Below are positions 12,901 through 24,664 of a stretch of 64,000 bases of DNA, piece by piece. The stretch's first letter is position 1. Each line of letters starts with the position of its first letter. The translations under genes were made by a program, and so were the position numbers. Source of the stretch: Marsupella aquatica (Eukaryota > Plantae > Marchantiophyta); assembly GCA_973895155.1 (NCBI GenBank), contig OZ316895.1, positions 15,878,816 to 15,942,815 of the forward strand, written 5' to 3'. A model generated the notes under the pieces. That model was not told where the DNA came from. It worked only from the letters and a program-made list of their open reading frames with translations, and made no database searches.

Positions 12901-15101
12901 TACCAATGGCCCCAACTCCTCACTTCTTGTCAAGCGACCCCAACTTGTTAAGCCACCCTAAGAGGTAGGCTCCCAAGTGCTGGTTCATGTGGTTTACTGT
13001 ACAGTATACCTCTGGGCTGGAAAATGTGGCGACATTAATTATGCACGTGCTGGTAATTCCCACATGAATAAAAACTCTGGATGTACACCAGAGAAAGCCC
13101 ATCAGGCCCACTGGCTCTTTTGCTTTTTGATTGAAAGATTAGGCACGTACTGCATGGCCCAGACAGTGTAGTCTGTACTATAGTTCTGCTACTGGAGCAA
13201 TCTACCTCGGAAGTCACATTTTCCAGATCCTAAGATTTCGAATAACACGCCAAAATCTGTACAGTGTTCAGTAGTCTGGCAAGTCTATTGCTGTCAGCAG
13301 GAAGGGCATGCAAATCAGCATTCAGTTTGTGTGAACAGAATATACAGATTGGATGCAAGAAATTACTCAGATTTGGGTGGGGGGGGGGGGGGGGGGGTTT
13401 GCCATATTTCTAGAATCAGTGAAATTGGTTCACCAAGAGATGATTGCAAAATGTTGACCCCCATGAGAAACTGTTCTTCAAAGTAAACAAATTGTTTGCA
13501 TCACAACGTTAAGTTCTGATCCATTCCCACAAAGTGTCCATTAGAGGCAAGAGAGAGAAAACGTCAATCAAAGATAAGGCAAGCACAAGTGAACACCGAA
13601 GGTGCCCATAGGGAAAGCACCAAGGAGTTCCTCCCTAGACCCAACAATTATGCAGGACTTTTCATGTTGGGTTAAGAAGTTTCTAGAATTATTGGGCAAG
13701 TGTGGTTGACACAATTCCAACAAGCTTACTCAGAGCCACTTGCGGCACTCCAGCTGCACAAATAAAAGGACTTATGACCTACTCGACTATGCTAGAATAC
13801 CTTATGGCTACGACTGGGCCATGCTCCACATTTGATTCAGGTAGAAATCCCTTGGGTGCATTCCAGAGAACTTTCCCTCTGATTGTCTTCTCCCTTCTTT
13901 TATCTCAAAAGACTTTTACTTGTAACATCATGTTGAGCTGAAGAAATGCTTCCCACCAAGGTAATGTTCTTTCCATCTGAGTGCCACCAGTGAATACTTA
14001 CATTTTTCCGTTGCAATGAAATGCTAGTTCAACTTGTGTTGGCTGTTGTAGTGCTGCACCATGTCTTTGCTCGACAAAGAAGTTTCATCAGATATTTCGC
14101 AATGATAGTCATTCTGTTCTCGATTGCATTTCTGTAGGGCCTTCTTGACAAAGTCCACACCAGTCCTCCATGTTCGCCCTCATTCAACACAAAACATGAG
14201 CAGGTCACCCAGTGAAGGAACCGCATTGTTTTAAAATTGTCCGTAGTCGTATTCAGTCCGGGATGAGAACAAAGTAAATAGTTTTGGATGCTACACGGGA
14301 GCAAAGATTCACACTTAGCAGGCATTACTCTTTCACCAAGCGTCTCTACTGCAAGGAAATTTTACCCACCCAGCCCTGACAGTTTAAATGACACTTTAGA
14401 AGCTTCAAAATCAAGTTCATTTCACTAGACATCAGTGGGCATTCTGACAAACTAGACGACAGGAGTACAACAGGACATATGACTGCCATGTCTTAGACAC
14501 AGGCATTTTTACTTTTAATTTTTTTTTATAGATACGTACATATAACTTACAATCGTCTCTATGGTGGGATGCCTTCAGGTCCGTTTTCGTTCAGACAAAG
14601 TCAAGATCAGACTCTCATTCAAGCTGAGCACGAGCAATTAAACAAGTCTCCATATGATTAATATGCTCAGACCGTTTAGAACTGTGGTCAGGTTGACTTC
14701 ACAATCCATGGCTTTCAAGACAGACTGACGGTGCTGGCTCCAGTAAGGCTGAAATACGCATTGTTTTCCATGTGATGAATTAAGAGAACAGAAATGCTCA
14801 ATCGTCCCATCGAATGACAATAATTTATTCACCACTATTCAGCCACACACGATTTGTTTCTTCGAACACTTCGTAAAACCTCTGACATATTTATGCAAGT
14901 CATCAGAAAAATAGTAAAACGTCCTCGGACCATACCATCCTTGGCTCTAACTTAAGGGGAGCACGTTTTACAAAGAAGACCTCAATGGCGCAACAATTTG
15001 CGCAACCCCATTCATGAGATGCTTGGCTTGAAACATATTGACAGCTGAAAGAGAAGAGAATTATCTGTACAGAAGGTTGCCACTGGTAGATTGATGGCAT
15101 C

Positions 15102-18100
15102 TCAATGACGATAAGTTTTCACAACTTGGTCAATGCGCCTCCGACAAAGAGGACAGCTAGAGAGCTGGGAGGAACACGAGGTGCAACAGCACATGTGACC
15201 ACACCTGGCACATGAAAGGAACTGGCTCAGAACATGCCTTGGGGATTTGACAGTTTTTGCTCAATCAGCTCAAACACAATTGACAAGAGTTTCAAGGGAT
15301 AAGATACTTACGGAACAAATACAGCATTGTAATCCTGCTCAAGACAGATAACACAAAGATCTGGCATTGACGTGTCTTTCAAAGTTGTCGACTCGCTCTC
15401 GCTCTTATCTTCATTTCCTTCCCTATTAGCTGCTATGGGAAACATAGCTAGGTGAGTAGAAAAACAAGAAGTCTATGAATATGCAAGACGGACCACACAC
15501 GCCCACCAAAAATTTTAATTGTAGGTGAAATGGAACTTGGGGTGTACATACCATCTGGATCAGCCCCATTCTCTAGTCGTTGTGCTGCTGCTTCCAACAC
15601 TCTGTAGAAGTTCCAGGGACAGGCTTCAATCAGATCAAATTTGTACGAAATTTCATAGAGCATTTACAAGTTCAAACTTAGGGGTAGACAATAAGATATA
15701 ATAAAAGGGCCACCTTCTCTGCAGAGCTGCTCGTCTCCGCTTTTCTAAAAAATGCCTGACCACGTGGGATGTCATCATGTATATCCCAAAAGCCGTGAAA
15801 CCAAGCGACAGGTACTTGTACCATCTGTTGCACAGATCCAAGTCCAACTGTCAATGTCCAGAGATCAAGTAGTGAGCATCAGCTAGCTCAGATACACAGG
15901 CTACATGAGCTCATGATGAGAAGAAGCCCCAGCTGGTACTGAGAATGGCGGCTTACTCAAACATGAACTAATAAGTATCGATCCCTGATTTCAAACCAAA
16001 TGGAAACAAATCTCACAGCTTGCGCATTCCACTTTCGTCAACTGGGCAAGTTCACAAGTTGCATCTTGTGGGATACAAAATTCCAAACGCATCTCAGACA
16101 TTCGTCTACCTTGACCACTTTCCCAGGTTGGCAATCAACTGATCTATGCTTCTTGGAGAAACATAAAAAGGGCCTTTATGTGGTCTTTGAATGCGAACTA
16201 TTCCTCGGTCATCCTTGACAGCCTGTGAGCATGTCCACAACTTTGTCAGGAGAGCTTGATTATTCTTTCGTAAATTGAAAAATATTTTGAAGTCCAAATT
16301 GTCACTGAAATTTGAACCAGAATGCATCCTGAGCAATCCAGAGTTCGAAGCAAAAAGAGTTGTTCAGAATTCGATCAGAAAAATCCTATTTGTAAAGAAG
16401 GTTCTCCTGCAAGGTGACTGTCTGACCTTTCTATCTATTTTCATGTTTGTTCTACCCGCCAGTGCCACCTAGAACCTTTGTCCCATGATAAGTATCCCAT
16501 GATACGGATCCTTATGAAATACCAAATCCTCGTTGACCCTATCTGAGCATTGATTTATCTGCTTTGTTAAATGATATATTCTGTTCCATCTCAGTCATGG
16601 CAGCAAATTCTTTCCAGTTGCAATGCTCAGAACCTAAATTATTCAGGACCTACGCAAGGCCTTTGCGCTACAAGATGAGAAATCCGGAAAGGCGCGAAAA
16701 GCGCGAAAAGCAGAAGTAGAAGTCACCAGATCACTTACTTCTCCTACGACAGTGAGAGCAGTCCCTGTGGGTAGAACTCTTTCAACTCGCTTTACGCCAA
16801 GCATCTTTCAAAACAGAAACCAACACTGAACAATTCAGTCATAGTTGCAAAACGAGGGCAATTAGAAGAAAGTTTCAAGTTTGTAAAATCCCGTCAAGTG
16901 ACCTTGTTATCTTTAGCACATACAAAAAGGACCGATTACAGGACTTTGTAGACACAGACCTTCAGTCCTTGGAGATAATCAAGAGTCCCACGAACTAGAG
17001 ATCGACCAGATTCTTCAAACACCTCACTAGCAACCGTGAGCTCCAACCCGGTGGCACCTCGTGCGCCCACAACGTATACACGACCGGAGCCATCCTCCTG
17101 TAAAAAGCTACTGCTTTAGGAAGTTGTGTATGAAAAATCCTGGATTGCACGTGACTTCTGAAATATCTTGTGAAAGCAATTCGGCCCAAAATTGACTGGT
17201 CCTCAAGGACATACCAGGTACCAGGGGACCTCCTTGCTGATTGACAACATAAGGGCAGAATCTTGAATCCATGAACCAGTATCATTATGCTTCAGAAAAT
17301 GCTGCTCAGCCTTGCACCAGTGCACAATGCACGCATCAGTCCAGGTTGTGAATATCTTTGTCAAATGTAAAGACTCAAAAATATCAGTTAGATAGATTAT
17401 TTATTCCTCTTTCCTTAACATTGCTACACCTATCTGAGTTTACTTACTGTTTCCTCCAAAATAACGCCTCTGAGGCTGCTATGCTCACAATTAATCGGCG
17501 TATCAGAGCCAACTCGTCCTGCAACGGTGACAACAGCTGGAAGAGCCTTGCATGCCGACTCCAGTAAAATTGCTGCCAAAAGAGGAAGACGTGAGGCAGC
17601 AAAACACAATAGCAATATTTTTTAACCATATTCTTTAGGGTAAGTCAGATACTTTGGAATTCTGTTAGTAGTAAGACACAAACCCTACTCCTCTGCAATT
17701 CATAATGCGACCACAAAGTTCGGGCAGAGAATTGGTAATCGAAAAAGTATCACCAAAATTTCTACTGCCGAGGAACAGATGCCTCAAAAGTCAATTACGC
17801 CAGCCAAGAGGGGGAGAGCGTCGAAGGACAGAACCCACTCACCAAGGTCTCTTAGTTGATTCACTCTCTTTACGGACTTCAAGGCCGCTGCATCTCTGAG
17901 GTATACACAAACGAATAACGAAGATCAAGATGTGGATTTAACACAAATTACGCATAATGAACATTGGTCACTTGTAAGTACAACACCTAGTAGATCACTC
18001 GGCATCACTACATCAATACACCCAGAAAGCAACCGGAATAGAAAGGCTCAAATCAAGGTGCGAATTATCCACAAAAAACGACTTCTTCCTTAGACAAGAA

Positions 18101-18289
18101 CTCAGACTTGAAGAAAGGGGTTGTGAAGCATAAAAGACAACAAACTGAGCAGAAAGATTGCCATTCGAACGCTGCAGCGAGGAAGGTACCATTCGCGTTC
18201 GTATTAGACACGTACCTGCCACTATTACAACTCAAACAGTAGAGAGCTGCGCCGCTGAGGCAGAGAGTCAGACCACCCCACGACAGCAT
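15102..18289 (-). CDS. SP1: Chloroplast outer-envelope RING E3 ubiquitin ligase SP1 (GIDE domain + RING), 11 exons, about 349 aa
   Basis: Exons 18289-18216, 17895-17843, 17572-17448, 17310-17215, 17097-16960, 16804-16739, 16222-16110, 15824-15714, 15601-15552, 15432-15312 and 15204-15102 (1050 nt, all GT-AG). The protein MLSWGGLTLCLSGAALY...GRVGSDTPINCEHSSLRGVILEETAEQHFLKHN...DQLIANLGKWSRWYKY...PDLCVICLEQDYNAVFVPCGHMCCCTSCSSQLSSCPLCRRRIDQVVKTYRH is colinear with Arabidopsis SP1. Confidence 0.95.
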
Positions 18290-19275
18290 TTTCTAATTTT
18301 TTTTATTTTTTTATTTTTTCTCTCCCCTGACGAGTGGAGCGCAAGAAACGCCAAATTCCAACCAAGAAGTAGGTCGTCGGTCAATCTATGGGGAAACCTC
18401 AATTCAGCCTTCAGAGTTGCGCATTCGGGACCCCAGACAAATCTCCGGCACAAGGCCTTGATCATCAGATACGGCCATCATCGCAGACGATGACGCCATA
18501 CCCCTCCCTCCTCTTCTCTCCCTTCTACTCTCCCTCACCCCGCCCTCATTCCCCGTCGCAGTGATGATGACAACAAATTGCAGCACAGCAGTGTGTGTCA
18601 CGATCGGGGCAAAGCAAACGTTCCTCCTCCTCGCACTGCGGCTCGATAATCAAGTGCGGAAATTCCGGTTGAAGAGCTTTGCCCCAATCCCCGAAAGTAC
18701 TCCAACTACGGTCCGGGGGCTTCTTCCGAATCCACCAAGGCTCTGAAATCACGGTCTTCTCCAAATCCGCAAAAGCGCTGCAAATCAATGCCCTCCGGCT
18801 TCTTCCATCCGATTGTTTGGTTCTTACGGTAACAGATTTTCTCGTGGCAAGAATTTTACATACACCACTGCAAAAACCCAAAAGAATCACCAAGATCGGG
18901 AGAGGAGAGGAGAGATCAAGCGACAGAAGGATCGAATTGGAAATTGGAAAGGCGGAGCGGAATGACACTCGAAGAACAATTCTTCGTAGGCAATAATAAC
19001 ATGCCGCTGACGCAGGGGAACGCCTGAGAAGGACAGAGTAGGTACAGACGATAAGCGCGATGTCAGCTTTCGGACTGTGGGCCTTCCCGGGAAAGGAACG
19101 ATTCCCTGTTACTGCTACGGTCGTGTGCAGGTATTTTTTACAAGGATTTTACTTTTTCGCCAGTGGCGAATGTACAGTGAGTGTGTGAAGGAGAAGAAGA
19201 TGCTCAAAAGATTCACTGTCCAATTATTTTCCTGACCGTTAGATTCTGGCTACTGGGGCCTGGGATTAGGTGGAA

Positions 19276-19383
19276 CACTGGCTAATGAGACAGCAAAACA
19301 GTAGCGAATTTTTCCCAAATGCGGCGAAAGATTTTTGGGGAGGTGGAATTTGGTGAATTTTTGCCACTAAAAAAAACGCTGGT
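19276..19383. repeat. Dispersed repeat; related inverted copy at about 63040-63290
   Basis: TTTTTGGGGAGGTGGAATTTGG and CACTGGCTAATG recur as reverse complements at about 63069-63090 and 63274-63288. Confidence 0.6.
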
Positions 19384-19501
19384 AGTGTGTGTACCATAGA
19401 GATCAGAGTCATTAACTCGGATGGGATCTCCATCCAAACCTTTGAGCTCGAATGGGACTCCCTAATGCTCTTTGCATGAATGTCAATCCACCTATATAGT
19501 A

Positions 19502-19842
19502 GGGCGTCTCCAACTTGCTCTCTCGCATTTCTTTCTGGTCAATCATTCTAATAAATTCAACTTTAGGGCCAACTTTCAGGTTCGAGATGGGTTTCAGGTT
19601 GCTCCTGTGGGTCAGCTGGGCACCAACAATTTATAATGCTTGCTGACAATTCTTCAAGGGTGCAAACAATTCTTGAAGGGCACCAATGCAATGTTGCACG
19701 AAGCAACTTTTGGTGCAGATGGTGGTGCGGTGACCACCCGAGTTATTGACGGTCACCTTTTGCAGGAACCGCATATTTTGGTCTGTGACCCGGGCTGCAA
19801 CATTCTGGTCACAGGAAACCTCCACGAATAGGTGAGACGCCC
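19502..19842. mobile_element. MITE (341 bp) with GGGCGTCTC terminal inverted repeats
   Basis: TA|GGGCGTCTC...GAGACGCCC|TA. The same termini occur at 31629, 31884 and 31890. Confidence 0.7.
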
Positions 19843-19942
19843 TAATACAGTGCAAAAGAACAAAAACATATAACCGGGAGTCACGGTCCTAAAGGCAAAC
19901 AACCCAATAAAGTGAAAATGCCAATCCACCCCTCACACAGTA

Positions 19943-20400
19943 GGGATTGTCAAAACAGTGCCCTGAGTGAGGTAGGGGCAAGGACATAAAGGACCAAAAC
20001 TTTTTGGGCTACCTAAATACATTGCCCTTAAGGATGAGATCTCCAACAAATAACAATCATAAGACTTTCATTGTGGCAGTGCTTTGACACACTAATAGGG
20101 CGTGTCAAAACAGGGTCGCAAGTGAGGTGTGGCAAAGGACATAAAATAGTTTTATGACCAGGACAAATACCTTACAGGCTACCTAGAAATGTGCCCCATA
20201 AGGATCAGGCATCCAAAAAGTCACACCACAAGACCTAGCTTATGGCAATGCTTTGACACACCCTAAAAGGGAGTGTCCAAGCAGGGCCTAGGTGAGTATG
20301 GCCAAGGACATAAAGTAGTTTAATGGCCAGGAAACTAACTTGCAATGGGATACCCATAAACATGCCCGTTAAGGTTCACACATCCAAAACCTAATTATGT
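19943..20400. mobile_element. Head-to-tail array of about three 150-170 bp MITEs with GGGCGTGTCAAA / TTTGACACACCC termini
   Basis: Units begin at about 19943, 20098 and 20268. They share GGCAAAGGACATAAA...GGCTACCTA...TAAGGAT, and the first two end in GCTTTGACACAC. A further copy lies at about 34596-34755. Confidence 0.65.
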
Positions 20401-21269
20401 GTAGAAGCAGACCATAATCCATTTCTTAGAGTAGCCAACTCATGAAGTGTCATTAGTATGCAATTGTGTCATATTTTGTTGCCAGCCGCAAGTAAAAATT
20501 ATAACCCATGACTACTCTTTATGGGAGCAGTCAAACTACCCACATCTTGCACATAAAAAATTGGCCATGAATAGATTCACATCTAAACATATATACGAAT
20601 ATTCTTTTCTTATGATTCTGTTTGACATTCCCTAATATTCGAGCAAAGTGAGGGTTATAGACAAATAGTAGTGTTCCCTCCTTCTGTGTGCAGGGCAAAA
20701 TGACAAGTGAGAGGGGAAAAGAGTGGGCAAAAGAGCCCTTTGGAAGTAGTAAGTGCTCGGACCCGGGTGGCCGAATATGTGAAGCCCTTTGCAACTACTA
20801 GGCACACAAGCTGTGAAGGTGACGAGGTAATGCGCACAAGTGGTGAGGAATAGGTGTTGGCACAAGCAACACTTGCTCGAGGACTTGGGGGGGGGGGGCA
20901 AAGTCTCACATCACACAAGGGTGTGCAAAGGTTTGGGTCTGGGATTCAAACCCAGGAGCTGAAGGTGCCAACATGGTGAATGCAACCATATGACAACATA
21001 AGGTGGAATGGTGTACTTATTGAGGAAAATTAATAACAGTCAAGGGTCCAGTCTTCACCTGGCCTTGCAAGTACTAGCATAATCATTGAGTGTGTATTTG
21101 GTACAATATGGAGGTACAAACCTCACTTGGGATGCCCTAGTAGTGTGAGTAAGCCATCATAGGATCTGCTCAAACATGTGGTTTAACCAGGATGACATCT
21201 ACCAAGACTGAAAACTATTTTAGCTTTTGCTTGAGAGCACTTACACTTTTGTGTGAGGAATTTAGAGTA

Positions 21270-21545
21270 CACGTCTTGCATGGTCCATATTAGTGTAAGC
21301 TCTCCCAAAGTAATAGCAACACATCTTGCATCCCCAATAGAAGCCTAAGTGCTCCCAAGAAATGGGGACAACACCTTGCATATGACCTATCAAAGTGCAA
21401 GTGCTCCCATTCAAGCAATAGCAGCATCTTGCATCACCACTAAAAGTGTAAGTGCTCCCCAACAATGGCAGCAACATCTTGCATGACCCAGTGCAATAGC
21501 CAATGTAAGTGCTGGCAAGCAATTGCCAGAATATCTTGCATGACC
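21270..21545. repeat. Degenerate tandem repeat, about 50-60 bp units
   Basis: Recurring GTAAGTGCTCCCAA...AGCAACA(CA)TCTTGCATG, about 5 copies. Confidence 0.7.
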
Positions 21546-22626
21546 TTTATACACACTAAACAAAATCTCATATGACTTGAAGTTTGTAGTGGAAGTGTAA
21601 GAGGTTATATACACAGGAACTATGGTCTCAGGGGTTTCACTTCCACAAGAATGGCACATCACATGCGACGAAGTAAAAAGTCATTTTATTGGTTCAAAGG
21701 GAAGACTTAAGAATTTTCTGAGAAGAACAATAGGGTTTTTTAAATCAAATTTTGAGACTTATAAGAACATTAGGGTCCGTATAACCAAAATTTTGGAATA
21801 TTCCAACTTTATCGGGGTTGAAAAATAATTTTTTTCTTCTTACATTTTAGGGGGTCCCATGCCTAAAAACATTGCAGGTGATGGGGAGGCATCCATATAG
21901 TGAGACCCCCGAGACTATGGTAACCAAGGAAAACCAAGTGAACTCCTTTGGTTGAATGAGAACAGAGATGTTGTATGCACAGAATACCCAGGGAATCCAC
22001 TGAAAACCTTCTATATGCATGTTTACATGTCATATTTGGAACAAAAGTCTAATACTATATGCAAGTTAACTTTAAACATTTAATTTGTGTCCATCAATCC
22101 AGGCATTATGTCAAAGGTTTGTCTTCATCCAAGCTTCATGCCGGTCATGTGAAAGTACATAATCAACCTACAGCCAAGAAACAGCCACGGTTGCTGTTGT
22201 GACTTTGTATATAGTGACTTCCTGGTAACAGGGCATTATGGGCCATAATGCCCCCCAAAATGAGGGCTTTACTTAGAATTTTGAGGGGCTAATATTGCCC
22301 TAAACAGGGTGTTCATCTTACTAGTAATTTGCAATAAAAATCTACTTCTATGCCCCAGGTCTAGAGTGCAGGGAAGGCTACAAATCATAAATGAATGTAA
22401 TGAGAATAGTAAGGAATCTTTCTTGTGCAAGGTTTTCTTGTACTCACCTATATTTATTTCAAAAGAACAGGCACAGTAGTCAGGCTTCTATACTTGAAGG
22501 CCTGAGAGAAATTTAATTCTTACTCTATTGATAGTGGCCTAGGAGAATTTGATAATGACCCGATCCAAACCTGTAACTGTGCATTCTTAGCTATAAAGCA
22601 CCAAAACTTAGAAAGAGAACAAATCA

Positions 22627-22946
22627 AGCAACTGGCTTAGGTCAGTTGGCCAGGGGATGAGCCTAGAACTGAAAAGTCCCAGGTTCAACCCCCCGGAGAC
22701 ACACAGGGGTGTATAGGTGTGTGAGTGAGATGGGTTTTGTGGGTAATGGATGGGAGTTCTGATTATCTACTCGGCCCCTGGTTGTCCACTTTGTGGCCCT
22801 ACTTTAATCCTCTTTGCCTCCCGTTGCAGCCCCTGTTGGACCCATGGGAGCTAAAATAGGTTCCCGACAATGAATGTATGTCACTATTGAGGTGGGGAGA
22901 GACTACTAAGTGTTCTTACTCATTTCAGTTCAAAACAAAACAAAAA
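22627..22946 (+). mobile_element. tRNA-derived SINE
   Basis: Pol III A box TAGGTCAGTTGG (22638-22649) and B box GGTTCAACCCC (22682-22692) at tRNA-like spacing, but no pairing acceptor stem. A-rich tail CAAAACAAAACAAAAAA. Imperfect flanking duplication AGAAAGAGAA(C)AAATCA at 22610-22626 and 22947-22961. Confidence 0.65.
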
Positions 22947-23432
22947 AGAAAGAGAAAATCACTCAGGGTAGAGTCTCCCATTGGGGCTCACCCTGAAATG
23001 AGTCCCTAAATATATGTCACTATTGGGGTTGGGAGAGACTACTAAGTGTTCTTACTCATAGTTCAAGGGGCTCACCCTGAAATGAGTCCCTAAATATATG
23101 TCACTATTGGGGTTGGGAGAGACTACTAAGTGTTCTTACTCATAGTTCAAGCCACAAGAGAGACTACCAAGTGTTCTTACTCATTTCAGTTCAAGACATA
23201 AGAAAGCCAAAAATCACTTAGGGTAGAGTATCCTACTGGGGCTCGAAAAGAAGAAAGAGAAAAATCACTCAGGGTAGAGTCCCCGATTGGAGCTTACCCC
23301 AGAGTCCCCAGTGGTGGGCTCACCCTGAAATGGATCCCTAAAATGAATATATGTCACTATTGGGGTGGGGTGGGGTGGGGAGACTACTACGTGTTCAAGG
23401 CAAAAAAGAAAGAGAAAAATCACTCTGGGTAG
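22947..23432. repeat. Tandem reiteration of the SINE 3' end plus a hairpin module (core period 84 bp)
   Basis: GGGGCTCACCCTGAAATGAGTCCCTAAATATATGTCACTATTGGGGTTGGGAGAGACTACTAAGTGTTCTTACTCATAGTTCAAG at 22983 and 23067. Partial copies continue to 23432. Confidence 0.85.
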
Positions 23433-23570
23433 TGTCACCTCCACAAGATCTCGCATGTACCTTGCTGGAGCAGCTACCTGTAGTTCATTCTTCACGAGGA
23501 CTTTGATCGAATGCCAAACAACTGCCAGTGGCGATTCCATCACACTCGTCTTCTCCAGATTGTTAGGACG

Positions 23571-24664
23571 ATGGCAAGTTTCGGTATTGATTCGAAGGTC
23601 TTGTTAAACACGGGGTTCGAAATTCCGGATTTGGGATACGGGGTGAGTTGCCTCCCATGGAATTGCTGTTGTGTAGAAAATAATTGAGATGGAGATCTGG
23701 AAACTGACGAGGACCTGAATTGCAGGTTTTTCAAACGCCTTCAGACATCTGCGAAGCAGCTGTCAGTCATGCTCTGAAGGTCGGGTATAGACATGTAAGT
23801 GAGGACATTCCTCCCCGTCTGTCAATTTCCATGACTTCCATTCCGATTCAATTGTTTTTCCATTCCGGTTGTCCTAATTGCTGAAATGGAGCACGCGGAT
23901 TGAATTTCCTCATGAGCTCACAGGTGGATTCTGCTATCGCCTACCGCAACGAATCCCCTTGCGGCCTCGCCATTCGCAACAACTCCTCCTCCATCCCCCG
24001 CTCTGAAATTTTCTTCACGAGCAAAATCCCCCCTGGGTCACTCAGCTACGGAAAGGCGAAAGGTTTTGTGGATGCCAGTCTGAAAGCGACCGGATTCGAC
24101 TACATCGACCTCATGCTTATCCATGCTCCCTACGGCGGGTCCTCCAACCGCAAGGGGGCCTGGAAAGCCCTCGTCGAAGCTCAGGAGGCCGGCAAGGTTC
24201 GCAGTATAGGCGTGAGCAACTACGGCGTCCACCACTTGGATGAATTAGAGACGCACATAAGGGAATTGGAAGAGGAGAGAGGTGGTCCAGGGCGCGGAGG
24301 CAAGATCAGTGTAGGGCAATGGGAACTCCATCCTTGGCTGCAGCGAAAAGATATAGTGTCATGGTGTAGAGAGAGGGGGATTGTGTTGCAGGCTTACAGT
24401 CCCCTTGTGAGGGGGCAGAGGTTCAATGATGAGAAGTTGGTGGAATTGGGGAAGAAGTGTGGGAAAACGCCTGCTCAGGTGCTGTTAAGGTGGAGCTTGC
24501 AGAAGGGGTTTGTGCCGTTGCCAAAGAGCGTGACCAAGAGTAGGATTGAGGAGAACGCGGATTTGTATGACTTTGAGCTGAGTAAGGAGGATGTGGATAG
24601 ACTTTCAAGCGATGGGTATGAGCCGTGTACGTGGGATCCAACTACCAGTTCTCTGGAGCAGTAG
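23571..24664 (+). CDS. Aldo-keto reductase (2,5-DKG/glyoxal reductase-like, ascomycete-type), 3 exons, 293 aa
   Basis: Exons 23571-23642, 23726-23794 and 23924-24664, all phase 0 (GGG|GTGAGT...CTGAC...TGCAG|GTT; CAT|GTAAGT...CACAG|GTG). Protein MASFGIDSKVLLNTGFEIPDLGYGVFQTP...ALKVGYRHVDSAIAYRNE...IFFTSK...DLMLIHAP...VRSIGVSNY...QAYSPL...LLRWSLQKGFVPLPKSVTKSRIEEN. The catalytic tetrad D-Y-K-H is intact. Confidence 0.95.

Noticed and set aside
13379-13397. Long poly-G runs (also near 20890, 29660 and 47750)
   Set aside because: Simple homopolymers, with no associated structure apparent.
9703-22316. Single 12.6-kb transposon capturing SP1 between inverted repeats
   Set aside because: The best-conserved ends of the two copies face inward and no flanking TSD was seen. 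They are more likely ends of two independent elements.
22631-22700. Possible tRNA gene
   Set aside because: A and B boxes are present, but the acceptor and anticodon stems do not pair and a SINE-like body and A-tail follow.
22870-23432. CRISPR-like array
   Set aside because: The sequences between repeats are themselves repeated, there are no unique spacers or cas genes, and the context is eukaryotic. The same applies to the 44087-44314 array.
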